Shown: positions 17,354-26,896 of the stretch, piece by piece
Layout: each line of letters opens with the position of its first letter
Position numbering within the stretch: the first letter of the stretch is position 1
NCBI GenBank assembly: GCA_964584775.1
Contig: CAZPBC010000003.1
Coordinates: forward strand, 14,015 to 78,014
From: an uncultured bacterium
Lineage (GTDB): Bacteria > Chlamydiota > Chlamydiia > Chlamydiales > SLFE01
DNA: 64,000 bases
Reading direction: 5' to 3'
Made by a program: the position numbers and the translations under genes
Notes under the pieces: model-generated
What the model was told of the DNA's origin: nothing
Databases searched by the model: none
The model's input: the letters and a program-made list of their open reading frames with translations, nothing else

Positions 17354-18305
17354 ACAGCGACTTCATATCGGCGTAGTTACCGTGGAGGAACTGACGGAGG
17401 TTGTAGAGGAAGTCTTGGAAGCTCTGGTGGTTTTTCTCGATCGGGTAGCCTGCCGACTCAAAGGTGACGAGGGCGTTGGGCAGACCGCGTAGCTCTTCGA
17501 GGTGTTTAGGGTTGGAGAAGTGGGCGTCGATCACGGCGCCGCGGAGCCGACCACTCAGAAGGAGTTCTTTGAGGTCAGTGAGCTTGACGACCGAACCGGA
17601 TCCAAAAAGCAGGAGAAGGGCGTCCTCTTTTAAAAGGGAGAGGAGCTCTGAGGAGAACCAGGGCTCGTAGCTGTGGTCTCGTGGCATGGTGAGAGAGACG
17701 ATATCAAACTGGGGAAGCAGCTCTTTGAGAGCACTCGTCGGGTGGGTGACTTCGCAGCAGGGGTGGAATGAGGCTGGGTCTGAGACACCTGTCACTTTAA
17801 ATCCAGCTTCGCTCACCTTTTTCGCAATTTCCGAGCCGAGCACACCGAGTCCCACTTGTAAAAAAGATTTTTCTTTGGCTGCCCACATCCGGGCGCGGAG
17901 GTTGTCGACGTCGTAGGGGCTCTGAAGCCAAGAAAAGAGATTTTTTGAAAAAGAGAGGAGGGAAGCGAGGGCAAATTCGGCAGTGTGGTCGATGTTGGCC
18001 TCTTTAGTCGTACTAATGAGGAGGCTTTCGCTGCTAGCGCTTGCCTCGAAGGCGATCTGGTCGAGGTAGGGTTTGGGGCAGTGGATCCAATGGAGGTGGG
18101 GGAGTAAAGGAAATTCTTGAGCACTTAAAGTCGATCCGTAGAAGATTTCTACTTGCGCAAGTCTCTCAATACCAAGGCTTGCGAGGTTTTCTCCTGCGGG
18201 CAGGCGGATGAGCTCCAGCTGGGGAAACTCCGTCATCAGCAGCCCGAGCTCTTCATGGCCGATCTCTTCACGAATAAGGATAGTGCTCATCATAACAGTT
18301 GTCAT
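17328..18305 (-). CDS. D-isomer-specific 2-hydroxyacid dehydrogenase family protein (NAD-binding fold; catalytic residues look substituted)
   Basis: Rossmann motif VGLGVLGSEIAKKVSEAGFKVTGV. The overall layout fits the family, but the usual N..RG, D.f..EP and PH motifs read FGSGS, DAHFSNP and FES. Confidence 0.65.
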   Translation of the reverse strand: MTTVMMSTILIREEIGHEELGLLMTEFPQLELIRLPAGENLASLGIERLAQVEIFYGSTLSAQEFPLLPHLHWIHCPKPYLDQIAFEASASSESLLISTTKEANIDHTAEFALASLLSFSKNLFSWLQSPYDVDNLRARMWAAKEKSFLQVGLGVLGSEIAKKVSEAGFKVTGVSDPASFHPCCEVTHPTSALKELLPQFDIVSLTMPRDHSYEPWFSSELLSLLKEDALLLLFGSGSVVKLTDLKELLLSGRLRGAVIDAHFSNPKHLEELRGLPNALVTFESAGYPIEKNHQSFQDFLYNLRQFLHGNYADMKSLFTQLNPPQ

Positions 18306-18321
18306 GATATAGACTTTTCCT

Positions 18322-18350
18322 TTGATTTCAAAGGGAGTTTCGGCTATGAT
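18322..18350 (+). promoter_or_regulatory. Candidate sigma-66/70 promoter for rplU-rpmA
   Basis: TTGATT (18322-18327), 17-nt spacer, TATGAT (18345-18350), about 38 nt upstream of the rplU ATG. Confidence 0.4.
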
Positions 18351-18387
18351 GAACGATCAAATTTAAGGTTTAAGGAGATATAGACCC

Positions 18388-18732
18388 ATGTACGCGATTA
18401 TTAAAAGCGGTGGAAAGCAATACAAAGTGAAAAAAGGCGACTTCATCGATGTCGAGCTTCTTGAGGGAGCCGATGGCGATAAAGTGGAGTTTAAAGAAGT
18501 CCTTTTCATCGGTGATGACAAAAATCAAACCGTCGGAAGCCCCACAGTCAAAGGCGCTGTTGTCAAAGGAAAGATGGTGGAGACGACTTTCGGTCCTAAG
18601 GTCACTTCGATGATCTTCAAGCGCAGAAAGAACATCCGTCGCACGTTTGGTCACCGCCAGCGTTACACACGAGTTGAGATCACAGAAGTTAAAAAATCAG
18701 CAGCAAAAGCAAAACCAGCAGAAGCTGCTTAG
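18388..18732 (+). CDS. rplU: 50S ribosomal protein L21
   Basis: MYAIIKSGGKQYKVKKGD N-terminus, with a Lys/Ala-rich tail. Confidence 0.95.
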   Translation: MYAIIKSGGKQYKVKKGDFIDVELLEGADGDKVEFKEVLFIGDDKNQTVGSPTVKGAVVKGKMVETTFGPKVTSMIFKRRKNIRRTFGHRQRYTRVEITEVKKSAAKAKPAEAA

Positions 18733-18749
18733 TAGGAGTTTAATCGAGT

Positions 18750-18995
18750 ATGGCACATAAGAAAGGACAGGGATCGACCCGTAACGGACGTGATTCACAC
18801 GCTCAGCGCCTTGGAGTCAAAGTGGGCTCAGGCGAGCGCGTCACTGCCGGAAGCATTCTCATCCGCCAGCGCGGCACAAAGTGGCACCCCGGTGCTCACG
18901 TGGCTCGTGGCAATGACGACACTCTCTTTGCACTGAAGGACGGCGTGGTCCGTTTTCGTAAAGCAAAGAAGACGAGCGTCTATCTGGAAGTTTAA
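18750..18995 (+). CDS. rpmA: 50S ribosomal protein L27
   Basis: [24 protein letters not shown] signature. Confidence 0.95.
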   Translation: MAHKKGQGSTRNGRDSHAQRLGVKVGSGERVTAGSILIRQRGTKWHPGAHVARGNDDTLFALKDGVVRFRKAKKTSVYLEV

Positions 18996-19020
18996 TCCCT
19001 TTTTTTGAATGATAACGTTT

Positions 19021-19061
19021 TCCCAGCAGAGTCTTTTTAAGATTTTGCTGGGATTTTTTTT
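19021..19061 (+). terminator. Candidate intrinsic terminator or attenuator between rpmA and obg
   Basis: TCCCAGCA (19021-19028) pairs with TGCTGGGA (19046-19053) and is followed by T8. The loop is large (17 nt), so the structure is weak. Confidence 0.4.
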
Positions 19062-19064
19062 GGT

Positions 19065-20069
19065 ATGTTTACAGATCGAGTCACATTAGAAATGATCGCA
19101 GGAAAGGGGGGCAACGGAGTTGTCGCCTGGAAGCGCGAGAAGTATATCGCAAAAGGAGGCCCGACGGGTGGCAACGGCGGCGATGGCGGTGCCATCGTGC
19201 TTCAAGCTGACTCGGGCGTCTTTGCGCTCGATTGGTTCCGCAATAAGCGTCATATCCGCGCTGAAAATGGCCAGCAGGGGGGAAGTAGCTGCCGCACTGG
19301 CCGCAAAGGAAAGACACTCACCCTCCGTGTTCCAGCTGGAACGCTTGTCAAAGATGCCAAGACGGGTGAGCTTATCGCCGACCTAACGGAAAGTGGCGAG
19401 ACACTCACTCTTTGTTCCGGAGGGAAAGGGGGACGAGGCAACGAGAGCTTTAAATCCCCAACGAACCAAGCGCCCAACATCTGCACCCCTGGAAAGCCGG
19501 GAGAGACACGCCTTGTTGAGCTGGAGCTAAAGCTCATTGCTGATGTCGGCCTAGTGGGTTTTCCGAATGCAGGGAAGTCGACCCTGATGAACGCCCTCAC
19601 ACACCTCAAAGTGAAGTGCGCAGCCTACCCTTTCACCACACTCCGTCCCAACCTCAGCTTCATGAAGCTTCCCGATCAGCGTCGGATCTATATCGCTGAT
19701 ATCCCAGGTCTGATCGGCGGAGCGAGCGAAGACCGCGGTCTGGGGTTTGAATTCTTGCGCCACGTTGAACGCACGAAACTCCTCATCTTTGTTCTCGATG
19801 CCTCTGGAATCGATGGGCGCGACCCTCTCTCTGACCTTGAGGTGCTGCGCAAAGAGATCGATGCGTATTCGAAAGAGATTTTACAAAAACCCTATCTCAT
19901 TGTTCTCAATAAGCTCGATGACCCCGAGTCCACGCCTCACGTGTTTGCCTTTGAGGAGGCGATGGAGAAGGAGAAGCACCCCTTCTTTCAAATTTCTGCG
20001 TTGACGGGACAGGGGCTAGAGGAATTGATTGAAGCGATCGCTGATGCATTCTTTTCTCAGTCAGTTTAA
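19065..20069 (+). CDS. obg: GTPase Obg/CgtA
   Basis: Obg fold N-terminus (FTDRVTLEMIAGKGGNGVVAWKREKY, Gly-rich repeats). G1 motif GFPNAGKST and G3 motif DIPGLI. Confidence 0.95.
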   Translation: MFTDRVTLEMIAGKGGNGVVAWKREKYIAKGGPTGGNGGDGGAIVLQADSGVFALDWFRNKRHIRAENGQQGGSSCRTGRKGKTLTLRVPAGTLVKDAKTGELIADLTESGETLTLCSGGKGGRGNESFKSPTNQAPNICTPGKPGETRLVELELKLIADVGLVGFPNAGKSTLMNALTHLKVKCAAYPFTTLRPNLSFMKLPDQRRIYIADIPGLIGGASEDRGLGFEFLRHVERTKLLIFVLDASGIDGRDPLSDLEVLRKEIDAYSKEILQKPYLIVLNKLDDPESTPHVFAFEEAMEKEKHPFFQISALTGQGLEELIEAIADAFFSQSV

Positions 20070-20955
20070 ACGGGCGGGATTCTCTCTTGAGTCGCGCGTC
20101 CACGCCCTCAAAAGTTTCGGGGGAAGACTCTATATCAAAAGAGATGACGAGCTCTCCTTTCTATCGAATGGTTCCAAGCTCCGTAAGTATGAAACTCTCC
20201 TTCCCTATCTGAAAGAGAAGGACCCAGCTCTTGTGGCTCTGAAAGGCAGCGCGCTTTCCAATCATATCACCGGCCTCACTCCTCTTTTGAAAGAGTGGGG
20301 GCTTCCTTTCAAACTCTTTTTAAAAAGAGGCGAGGTGGAAGGGACGGTACAGATGCGTCTTCTGGCCCGCTTTGAAGAAGAGATCGTCTGGATCGAACGA
20401 GAAGAGTGGTCCGTGGTGGATGAGAAGGTCCGTGAGCTGCATGAAGAGGCCTTTATCGTTCCAGTAGGTGGAGACCATTTTTCAAGTCTACCGGGTGCGA
20501 TGACACTCGCCTCAGACATCCTCCGCAATGAAGAGGAGTGGGACTTACGCTTTGAAACCTTATTGATCGATGCAGGAACAGGTCATCAAGCCATCTCTTT
20601 GCTTCTTGGCCTTGCGCTTCTTTCTGAAAAGAGAGAGGTCGACATTCTTTTAGTGGCAGGAACAGAGGCAGCGTTTGAGGCAAAGCTTCAGAGTTACCAA
20701 AGGCTCGTTGAAGAGCGGGTGGAGCGTCCTTTGTCTTTGACGCCCTATACGCTGCGTTTTCCAACGACAGAGAAGCGCTTCGGGCCGCTCAGTCAAAAGT
20801 ACCGCCCCCGTTTAGAGAGCTATATGAAGAGGGAGGGGCTGCTTCTCGATCCCGTCTATATGGGAAAACAGTTCTTAGAGATCGAGCAGCTCAAAATCAA
20901 ACACCCCACACTGTTGATTCATACAGGTGGGGTGCTTTCAACTTTAAATTCATAG
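20029..20955 (+). CDS. PLP-dependent enzyme of the ACC deaminase / D-cysteine desulfhydrase family
   Basis: LYIKRDDELSFLSNGSKLRKYETLLPYL matches the KRDD....GNK.RKL lysine motif. The start is uncertain (20029 or 20044); either one overlaps the end of obg. Confidence 0.7.
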   Translation: MKRSLMHSFLSQFKRAGFSLESRVHALKSFGGRLYIKRDDELSFLSNGSKLRKYETLLPYLKEKDPALVALKGSALSNHITGLTPLLKEWGLPFKLFLKRGEVEGTVQMRLLARFEEEIVWIEREEWSVVDEKVRELHEEAFIVPVGGDHFSSLPGAMTLASDILRNEEEWDLRFETLLIDAGTGHQAISLLLGLALLSEKREVDILLVAGTEAAFEAKLQSYQRLVEERVERPLSLTPYTLRFPTTEKRFGPLSQKYRPRLESYMKREGLLLDPVYMGKQFLEIEQLKIKHPTLLIHTGGVLSTLNS

Positions 20956-20956
20956 C

Positions 20957-21120
20957 CTGCATATTTCATAAACACTCGCAAAACTGCCACAAAATACTTT
21001 TCGTCACCTTCGGCAGATCTTCCTTTCGGAAAGGGTGCTAGACCCTTCCCTTCAAAGAAGATTTACCGAATTCGCCGAGTATTTTGTCTCATTTTCACGA
21101 GCTTATCATGAAAAATCCAG
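20957..21120. repeat. Copy B of the ~165-bp palindromic intergenic repeat (MITE-like)
   Basis: Aligns end to end with 8941-9103 without large gaps, roughly three quarters identical by eye. Same termini (CTGCATATTTCATAAA ... ATCATGAAAAATCCAG) and same central CCTTTCGGAAAGG hairpin. Confidence 0.75.
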
Positions 21121-21134
21121 GTAGCCTTAACATT

Positions 21135-22493
21135 TTAATCTTTTAACGACAGCAAGAACTCGACATTGGAGCACTTTTTCAAACGCTGGAGCAGGAGGCT
21201 CATCGCGTCGATCGGTGTCAGGTCGGCAAGCTGTTGACGGAAGCGGTAGATCTTCTCCAGCTCTTCTGAGTGGTAGAGAAGTTCTTCTTTTCTGGTTCCG
21301 GAGCGGACGATATCGATCGCTGGGAACATACGTCGGTCGGCGAGGTCGCGGCGCAGCACGAGCTCCATGTTACCGGTTCCTTTAAACTCCTCGAAGATGA
21401 CCTCATCCATACGCGACCCGGTCTCGACAAGAGCCGTTGCGATGATGGTGAGAGAGCCGCCGTTTTCGATGTTCCTTGCGGATCCAAAGAAGCGTTTTGG
21501 TTTGTGCAGGGCGTTGGCGTCCATACCCCCGGTGAGGATCTTTCCTGAGTGGGGCTGGACGGTGTTGTACGCTCGTGCAAGTCGAGTGATGGAGTCGAGA
21601 AGGATGACGACATCTTTCCCGTGCTCAACGAGGCGGCGTGCTTTTTCGAGGCACATCTCCGCGACCTGAACGTGACGCTCAGGGGGCTCGTCAAAGGTAG
21701 AGGAGATGACCTCTCCCTTCACAACACGCTGCATGTCGGTCACCTCTTCCGGACGCTCACCGATCAGTAGAACGAGGAGAGTGACATCGGGGTGGTTCTC
21801 TGCAAGGGCGGTGGTGATGTTCTGCAAGAGAACGGTTTTACCTGAGCGGGGCGGCGCGACAATGAGTCCACGCTGACCTTTACCAATCGGAGAAGCGAGA
21901 TCGAGGACGCGGGTCGAGAGCGTCTCTTTATTCGTCTCCATGATAAAGCGCTCCTCAGGGTAGAGAGGAGTCAAGTTTTCGAAGAGAATCCGCTCTTTAG
22001 CCGTTTCTGGTGAGACGTTGTTGATGGTATCGACTTTCAGTAGAGCGAAGTATTTCTCTTTTTCCTTCGGTGAACGGATGGGTCCAACGACGGTGTCTCC
22101 CTTTTTCAAGTCGAAACGTCGGATCTGAGCAGGAGAGACGTAGATGTCTTCTGCTGATGGAAGGTAGTTGTAGTTGGGGGAGCGGAGGAAACCAAATCCA
22201 TCGGGAAGAATCTCTAGAACCCCTTCACCGACGAGAAGTTCGTTTGGATCACCAGAGAGGCGCTTGACGATGTCAAAAACCACCTGTGATTTGGTGAGGG
22301 AGCCGAGGTGCTCAAGACCGAGCTGTTTGGCGAAGATCGTAAGCTGATCCATGTTCATGCGCTGGATGTCTGAGATCTTTACAATTTCGGCTTTGGGGTT
22401 TCTGGGGATATTTTCTTCTTCGAGGACTTCAGTCTCTGTTGCAGAGGCTTTGGGTTTGTTAGGTTTTTGCCGTGGACGGCGTTGGTTTGTCAT
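21135..22493 (-). CDS. rho: Transcription termination factor Rho
   Basis: Rho N-terminal and cold-shock-like RNA-binding domains. Walker A motif [14 protein letters not shown]-terminal LLSLKD. Confidence 0.95.
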   Translation of the reverse strand: MTNQRRPRQKPNKPKASATETEVLEEENIPRNPKAEIVKISDIQRMNMDQLTIFAKQLGLEHLGSLTKSQVVFDIVKRLSGDPNELLVGEGVLEILPDGFGFLRSPNYNYLPSAEDIYVSPAQIRRFDLKKGDTVVGPIRSPKEKEKYFALLKVDTINNVSPETAKERILFENLTPLYPEERFIMETNKETLSTRVLDLASPIGKGQRGLIVAPPRSGKTVLLQNITTALAENHPDVTLLVLLIGERPEEVTDMQRVVKGEVISSTFDEPPERHVQVAEMCLEKARRLVEHGKDVVILLDSITRLARAYNTVQPHSGKILTGGMDANALHKPKRFFGSARNIENGGSLTIIATALVETGSRMDEVIFEEFKGTGNMELVLRRDLADRRMFPAIDIVRSGTRKEELLYHSEELEKIYRFRQQLADLTPIDAMSLLLQRLKKCSNVEFLLSLKD

Positions 22494-22507
22494 GGAAGGT
22501 GTTTCTC

Positions 22508-23125
22508 CTAACTTTGATGGGTTATTTGAGAGTGGAGGGACTCCACGGCCCTTTCTAGCCGATGTGGATCCCGACGGTTTTCTAAAATGAAATTCGCTTT
22601 CTTTCGTTTGAATTCCATAGGTAAAAGGCGTTGTTCACGCATTTCAAAATCTTTTTCGTTTCCTCGCCCACTCTTGACAAAACGCTCTTTACAACAGTGT
22701 TCAGGGGTGTCGACAAGAAGGACTAGGTCATCACTTTCTTCGAAATTTCCCTCGTAATAGAGAGGGATCTCTACGACAAAAAGTGTTTGATTATTCTCTG
22801 TTTTACGCGCCATCATCTTTTCATCAATGGCGGCTCTCACCTCAGGGTGGAGGAGCTCTTCGAGGCTTTTTAGGAGGAGTGGATCTTGGAAGACGCGGTC
22901 AGCGACCCTCTTTCGATCAATTTTTCCTTCTACCAGAACCTCCTGGCCGAGCAGTTCCACAACTTTTTGGATGATCGGGGTGTTGGTGGAGAGAATCTGG
23001 TGGACAACCTCGTCGGCACTGATCGTAAAAGCACCGAGCTCTTCAAAGAGTTGACATACTGTTGATTTCCCACTGGCAACGGGGCCAGTGACGACGATCT
23101 TGTTAAATTTTAACATTCGGCCCAA
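22508..23125 (-). CDS. coaE: Dephospho-CoA kinase
   Basis: P-loop [13 protein letters not shown], followed by [10 protein letters not shown]. Confidence 0.9.
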   Translation of the reverse strand: MGRMLKFNKIVVTGPVASGKSTVCQLFEELGAFTISADEVVHQILSTNTPIIQKVVELLGQEVLVEGKIDRKRVADRVFQDPLLLKSLEELLHPEVRAAIDEKMMARKTENNQTLFVVEIPLYYEGNFEESDDLVLLVDTPEHCCKERFVKSGRGNEKDFEMREQRLLPMEFKRKKANFILENRRDPHRLERAVESLHSQITHQS

Positions 23126-25770
23126 TTTTTTCCAACTGCGATATCCACGACGAGGGGGACTTTGAGTTGCCAGACACCCTCCATGACACCCCGAACGATC
23201 TTTTCTACCTCAGGGAGAAGGGGGTCGGGGACCTCAAAGAGCAGCTCATCGTGGATCTGGAGCAGCATCATGGGGGGGAAATCCCGCTCCTGAAAGAGGC
23301 GATCGATCTGGATCATTGCCATTTTAATCAGGTCAGCAGCAGCTCCCTGGAGGGGAGTGTTGATCGCTAGGCGCTCTGCTGCTCTCATGAGCTGTCCGTT
23401 TTTACTGTTGATTTCGGGGAGGGGACGCTCACGTCCGGTGAAGGTGACGGCTTTCTCAGCTTTTCTCGCCTGCTCCACCGTTGCCTCCATGTACTCTTTT
23501 ACCTTCTTGTAGCGGTCAAAATATTTTTCGATAAACTCGCCCGCCTCTTTTTGAGAGATCTTGAGCTGCTGAGAAAGGCCATACTTTCCTTGTCCGTAAA
23601 TGATCCCGAAGTTGACGGCTTTGGCAGCATGGCGCATCTCCTTCGTCACCTCTTCTAGAGGCACCTCGAAGACCTTGGAGGCGGTGTGGCTGTGGACATC
23701 TTTGCCTTCGTGAAACGCATGGAGCATCTCCGGGTCTTCGCTCAAGTGTGCAACCAGGCGCAGCTCGATCTGGGAATAGTCAGCAGAGAGGAAGCTCGAT
23801 CCGCTTTTTTCAGGGATGAAGGCGCGGCGGATCTCTCGGCCGAGCTCAGTGCGGATCGGGATGTTTTGCAGGTTGGGGTCGTGAGAGGAGAGGCGTCCTG
23901 TGGCTGCGATAAATTGATTGAATGTGCAGTGGATACGGCCCGTCTGCGGGTTGACCTGCTCAGGCAGCGCGTCGACATAGGTCGAACGGAGCTTCTCGAG
24001 CGTGCGGTAGTCGAGGATCTCCTCAACGATGGGGTAGTTGTCTCGCATCGTCTCCAACACGTCGGCCGCGGTGGAATAGGCACCCGTCGCTGTTTTTTTT
24101 GGAGGGGGGATCTGCAGCTTTTCAAAGAGAACCTCTCCGAGCTGTTTGGGGGAGTTGAGGTTGAACTCCATCCCTGCCATCTCGTAAATTTTCGAGCGGT
24201 TTTCTTCGATCCGCTTTGAGATCGTCTCACTGAATTTTTTCAGGTAGTCGACATCGAGGTAGATGCCGGTCCGTTCCATCTTTTCGAGGACTTTGACAAG
24301 CGGCATTTCCATTCTGTAAAAGAGGTCGGAAAGACCACGCTCTTCGATCTCGGGTCCATACTCTTCCATCAAGCGGTAGGTGTAGTCCACATCTTCGTTG
24401 CAGTAGTCTGCCACTTTTTGGATCTCGACCTCTTTCATCGTGATCTGCTTTTTTCCTTTTCCAATCAGGTCACTGATAGGAGTCTTCACTTTCCCAAAGT
24501 GGGAAAGGGCGAGGGCATCGAGGCTGTGCTGCCTTAATCCTGCATGGAGAACGTAGGAGGCGAGGATCGTGTCAAAGTGGACATTTTTGACCTCAATTCC
24601 TTCGTTTTTCAAGATGTGGAGATCATACTTGATGTTGTGTGCACAAAATTGGATTTGCTCATTCTCAAAAAGGCCTTTAAGAAGCCCGAGGACTTCGCTT
24701 CGGTCCATCTCGCCGTTGAGAGGAATGTACCACGACTCTCCTGACTGGTAGCCGAGGCCGATTCCGACAGTTTCAGCAAGGAGCGGGTGGGGGTTAGTGG
24801 TCTCGGTGTCAAAGCAGAGGAGACTCTGCTTAGAGAGTGTCTCGATCAGCGTTTTGAGTTCGCCAAGGCTCTCAACTAGGTGATAGTTCACCGGCTCTTC
24901 TTCTTTAGTTTCAACCTCCTCTCCCAACTCTTTGAGAAAGCGATTGAACTGCTTGTTTGCGAGAAACTCTCTTAAAGGCTCACGTGACTGCTCTTTCAGT
25001 TCAAAGAAGCGTATTTCGTGAGGGAAGTCGACTTGAGTATCGATGGTGACCAGCTTTTGGGAGAGGCGGGCCTGGTCGGCAAAGTTTTTCAGTGTCTCTT
25101 GCTTCTTTCCTTTAAAGTCGTCTGCATGAGCGAGGACATTTTCTAGCGTCTCGTACTCATTGAGGAGCGTCATCGCTGTTTTGGGTCCCATGCCGGGGAG
25201 TCCTGGGACATTGTCTGAAGCATCTCCGACAATCGCCAGGTAGTCAATGATCTGGTCGGGGCGGACACCGAACTTTTCGTGGACTTCCGCAGGTCCAACG
25301 ACAAGATTTTCTTTGCGGGTGTGGAGTAGAGAAATCTGTTCATCGACAATTTGGCAAAGATCTTTATCTTCGGAACAGATCAGCACTTCAAAATCTTGCT
25401 CTTTTGCAAACAGGGCAACGCTGCCAATGGTATCATCTGCTTCGACATTGGGGACAGAGAGGGAGGGGATACCGTAGAGGTCACAAAAGTCTTTTGCCCA
25501 CTCAATCTGATGAGAGAGGTCGGGAGGGCACGCACTGCGGTTGGCTTTGTATTCAGGGTAGATGTCGAGCCGTGTTTGCCAACTTTGCGGTCCATCAAAA
25601 ATGGAGGCGACGTGGGTGGGTTCAAAGTCTTTCACGAGCTTCATGAACGAACTGATAAAGCCATAGAGGGCGTTGGTCGATTTGCCCTCTTCATTCGTCA
25701 TATTTTGAATGGCGTGGTAAGCGCGGAAGAGATAACTTGAAGCGTCGATGAGAAAGAGTTTTTTCTTCAT
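23110..25770 (-). CDS. polA: DNA polymerase I
   Basis: 5'-3' exonuclease N-terminus, 3'-5' exonuclease-like domain, and polymerase motifs A (DYSQIELR), B (RHAAKAVNFGIIYG) and C (QIHDELLFE). Confidence 0.95.
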   Translation of the reverse strand: MKKKLFLIDASSYLFRAYHAIQNMTNEEGKSTNALYGFISSFMKLVKDFEPTHVASIFDGPQSWQTRLDIYPEYKANRSACPPDLSHQIEWAKDFCDLYGIPSLSVPNVEADDTIGSVALFAKEQDFEVLICSEDKDLCQIVDEQISLLHTRKENLVVGPAEVHEKFGVRPDQIIDYLAIVGDASDNVPGLPGMGPKTAMTLLNEYETLENVLAHADDFKGKKQETLKNFADQARLSQKLVTIDTQVDFPHEIRFFELKEQSREPLREFLANKQFNRFLKELGEEVETKEEEPVNYHLVESLGELKTLIETLSKQSLLCFDTETTNPHPLLAETVGIGLGYQSGESWYIPLNGEMDRSEVLGLLKGLFENEQIQFCAHNIKYDLHILKNEGIEVKNVHFDTILASYVLHAGLRQHSLDALALSHFGKVKTPISDLIGKGKKQITMKEVEIQKVADYCNEDVDYTYRLMEEYGPEIEERGLSDLFYRMEMPLVKVLEKMERTGIYLDVDYLKKFSETISKRIEENRSKIYEMAGMEFNLNSPKQLGEVLFEKLQIPPPKKTATGAYSTAADVLETMRDNYPIVEEILDYRTLEKLRSTYVDALPEQVNPQTGRIHCTFNQFIAATGRLSSHDPNLQNIPIRTELGREIRRAFIPEKSGSSFLSADYSQIELRLVAHLSEDPEMLHAFHEGKDVHSHTASKVFEVPLEEVTKEMRHAAKAVNFGIIYGQGKYGLSQQLKISQKEAGEFIEKYFDRYKKVKEYMEATVEQARKAEKAVTFTGRERPLPEINSKNGQLMRAAERLAINTPLQGAAADLIKMAMIQIDRLFQERDFPPMMLLQIHDELLFEVPDPLLPEVEKIVRGVMEGVWQLKVPLVVDIAVGKNWAEC

Positions 25771-26801
25771 GGTCTGTAGAGGTAAAGGAGTTGTCCGTCT
25801 AGCTCAGGAGGGAGCATTCCGGAAACTTCCAGGCGGTGGTTCACTTTTCCTTCGAAAAGGGAGGTTTTCATAGAGAGGAGTTGTTGTAAAAAAGACTCTT
25901 TTTCAAGACGGACGACTTGGATCTCTTGCGGGTCCAGCTCAAGGTCTTCAGCAAGCAACTGAAGCGCCTCTTCACGGGTGGTCACCACACCGTCGATATA
26001 CCCTTTTTCCATCGCATTTGCAGCAGGGAACACTTTCGCACCGTAGTCTTGGATCAACTTCTCTCTTGAGATTTTCGGGCGCCCTTTTGTGACAATGTCG
26101 ATGAACATGTCGTACATCGTGTCCGTGAGGTATTGATAGTTTTGTGACTCGCCCTTCGTCCAAGGGCGTAAGGGATTCATCGCGTCTTTGTCTTTTCCTG
26201 CAGAGATGGTCAACGTCTTCACGCCGATTTTTTCTAGAGGATCGGCAAAGTTGAGAAAGGAGTTGAGGATGACACCGACACTTCCGACCACACTCACATC
26301 TGTTGCATAGATTTTATCTGCAGCAGAGGAGAGGTAAACCGCACCGGACGCTGAAAGACCGTCTACAAAAGCATAGACAGGCACATCGTAGCGCTGCTTA
26401 TAGTCGAGAAGAGCGCGGTAGATCCCATCTGAATCAAAGACCGTTCCACCAGGGGAGTTGATGTTAAGGAAGACTGCTTTAACGAGTCCCCCCTCGAGGT
26501 CGCCCTCCCTCGACTCGACGAGCATCTGCTGAACGCGCTCTTTTGTCAGTTTTTCGAGTCCGATGACACCGTGGATATCGATCTGCAGGATGGTTGGTTT
26601 CTCGTTGGAAAGAAACTGACGCTTTCCATCGATCCCAGGCATCACCTCTTCAAAGAACTGCTTTTCGGGACGGTTATCCTCGAAGGAAACGACCCCTCCC
26701 AAGATCAAGAAAAAGGGAAGGAGGCCGACAAAGACTCCGAAGGTTTTGAAGGCGGTGACAAAGAGACCCCGAAAGGCTGACTTGAAGATGGATTCTGACA
26801 T
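25767..26801 (-). CDS. sppA: Signal peptide peptidase SppA (36K type; SohB-like)
   Basis: N-terminal TM helix. ClpP/crotonase-fold motifs INSPGG and GLSASGAVYLSSAADKIYA. The stop overlaps the polA start by 4 nt. Confidence 0.9.
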   Translation of the reverse strand: MSESIFKSAFRGLFVTAFKTFGVFVGLLPFFLILGGVVSFEDNRPEKQFFEEVMPGIDGKRQFLSNEKPTILQIDIHGVIGLEKLTKERVQQMLVESREGDLEGGLVKAVFLNINSPGGTVFDSDGIYRALLDYKQRYDVPVYAFVDGLSASGAVYLSSAADKIYATDVSVVGSVGVILNSFLNFADPLEKIGVKTLTISAGKDKDAMNPLRPWTKGESQNYQYLTDTMYDMFIDIVTKGRPKISREKLIQDYGAKVFPAANAMEKGYIDGVVTTREEALQLLAEDLELDPQEIQVVRLEKESFLQQLLSMKTSLFEGKVNHRLEVSGMLPPELDGQLLYLYRP

Positions 26802-26896
26802 GAAGAAGACCTTTTTGGTAACTAGACGCGACTATTCTATACCGCTCGAACATAAAGTTTGAGACTTTTTTCTATTCTGTTTAACATAAAAGCCTT

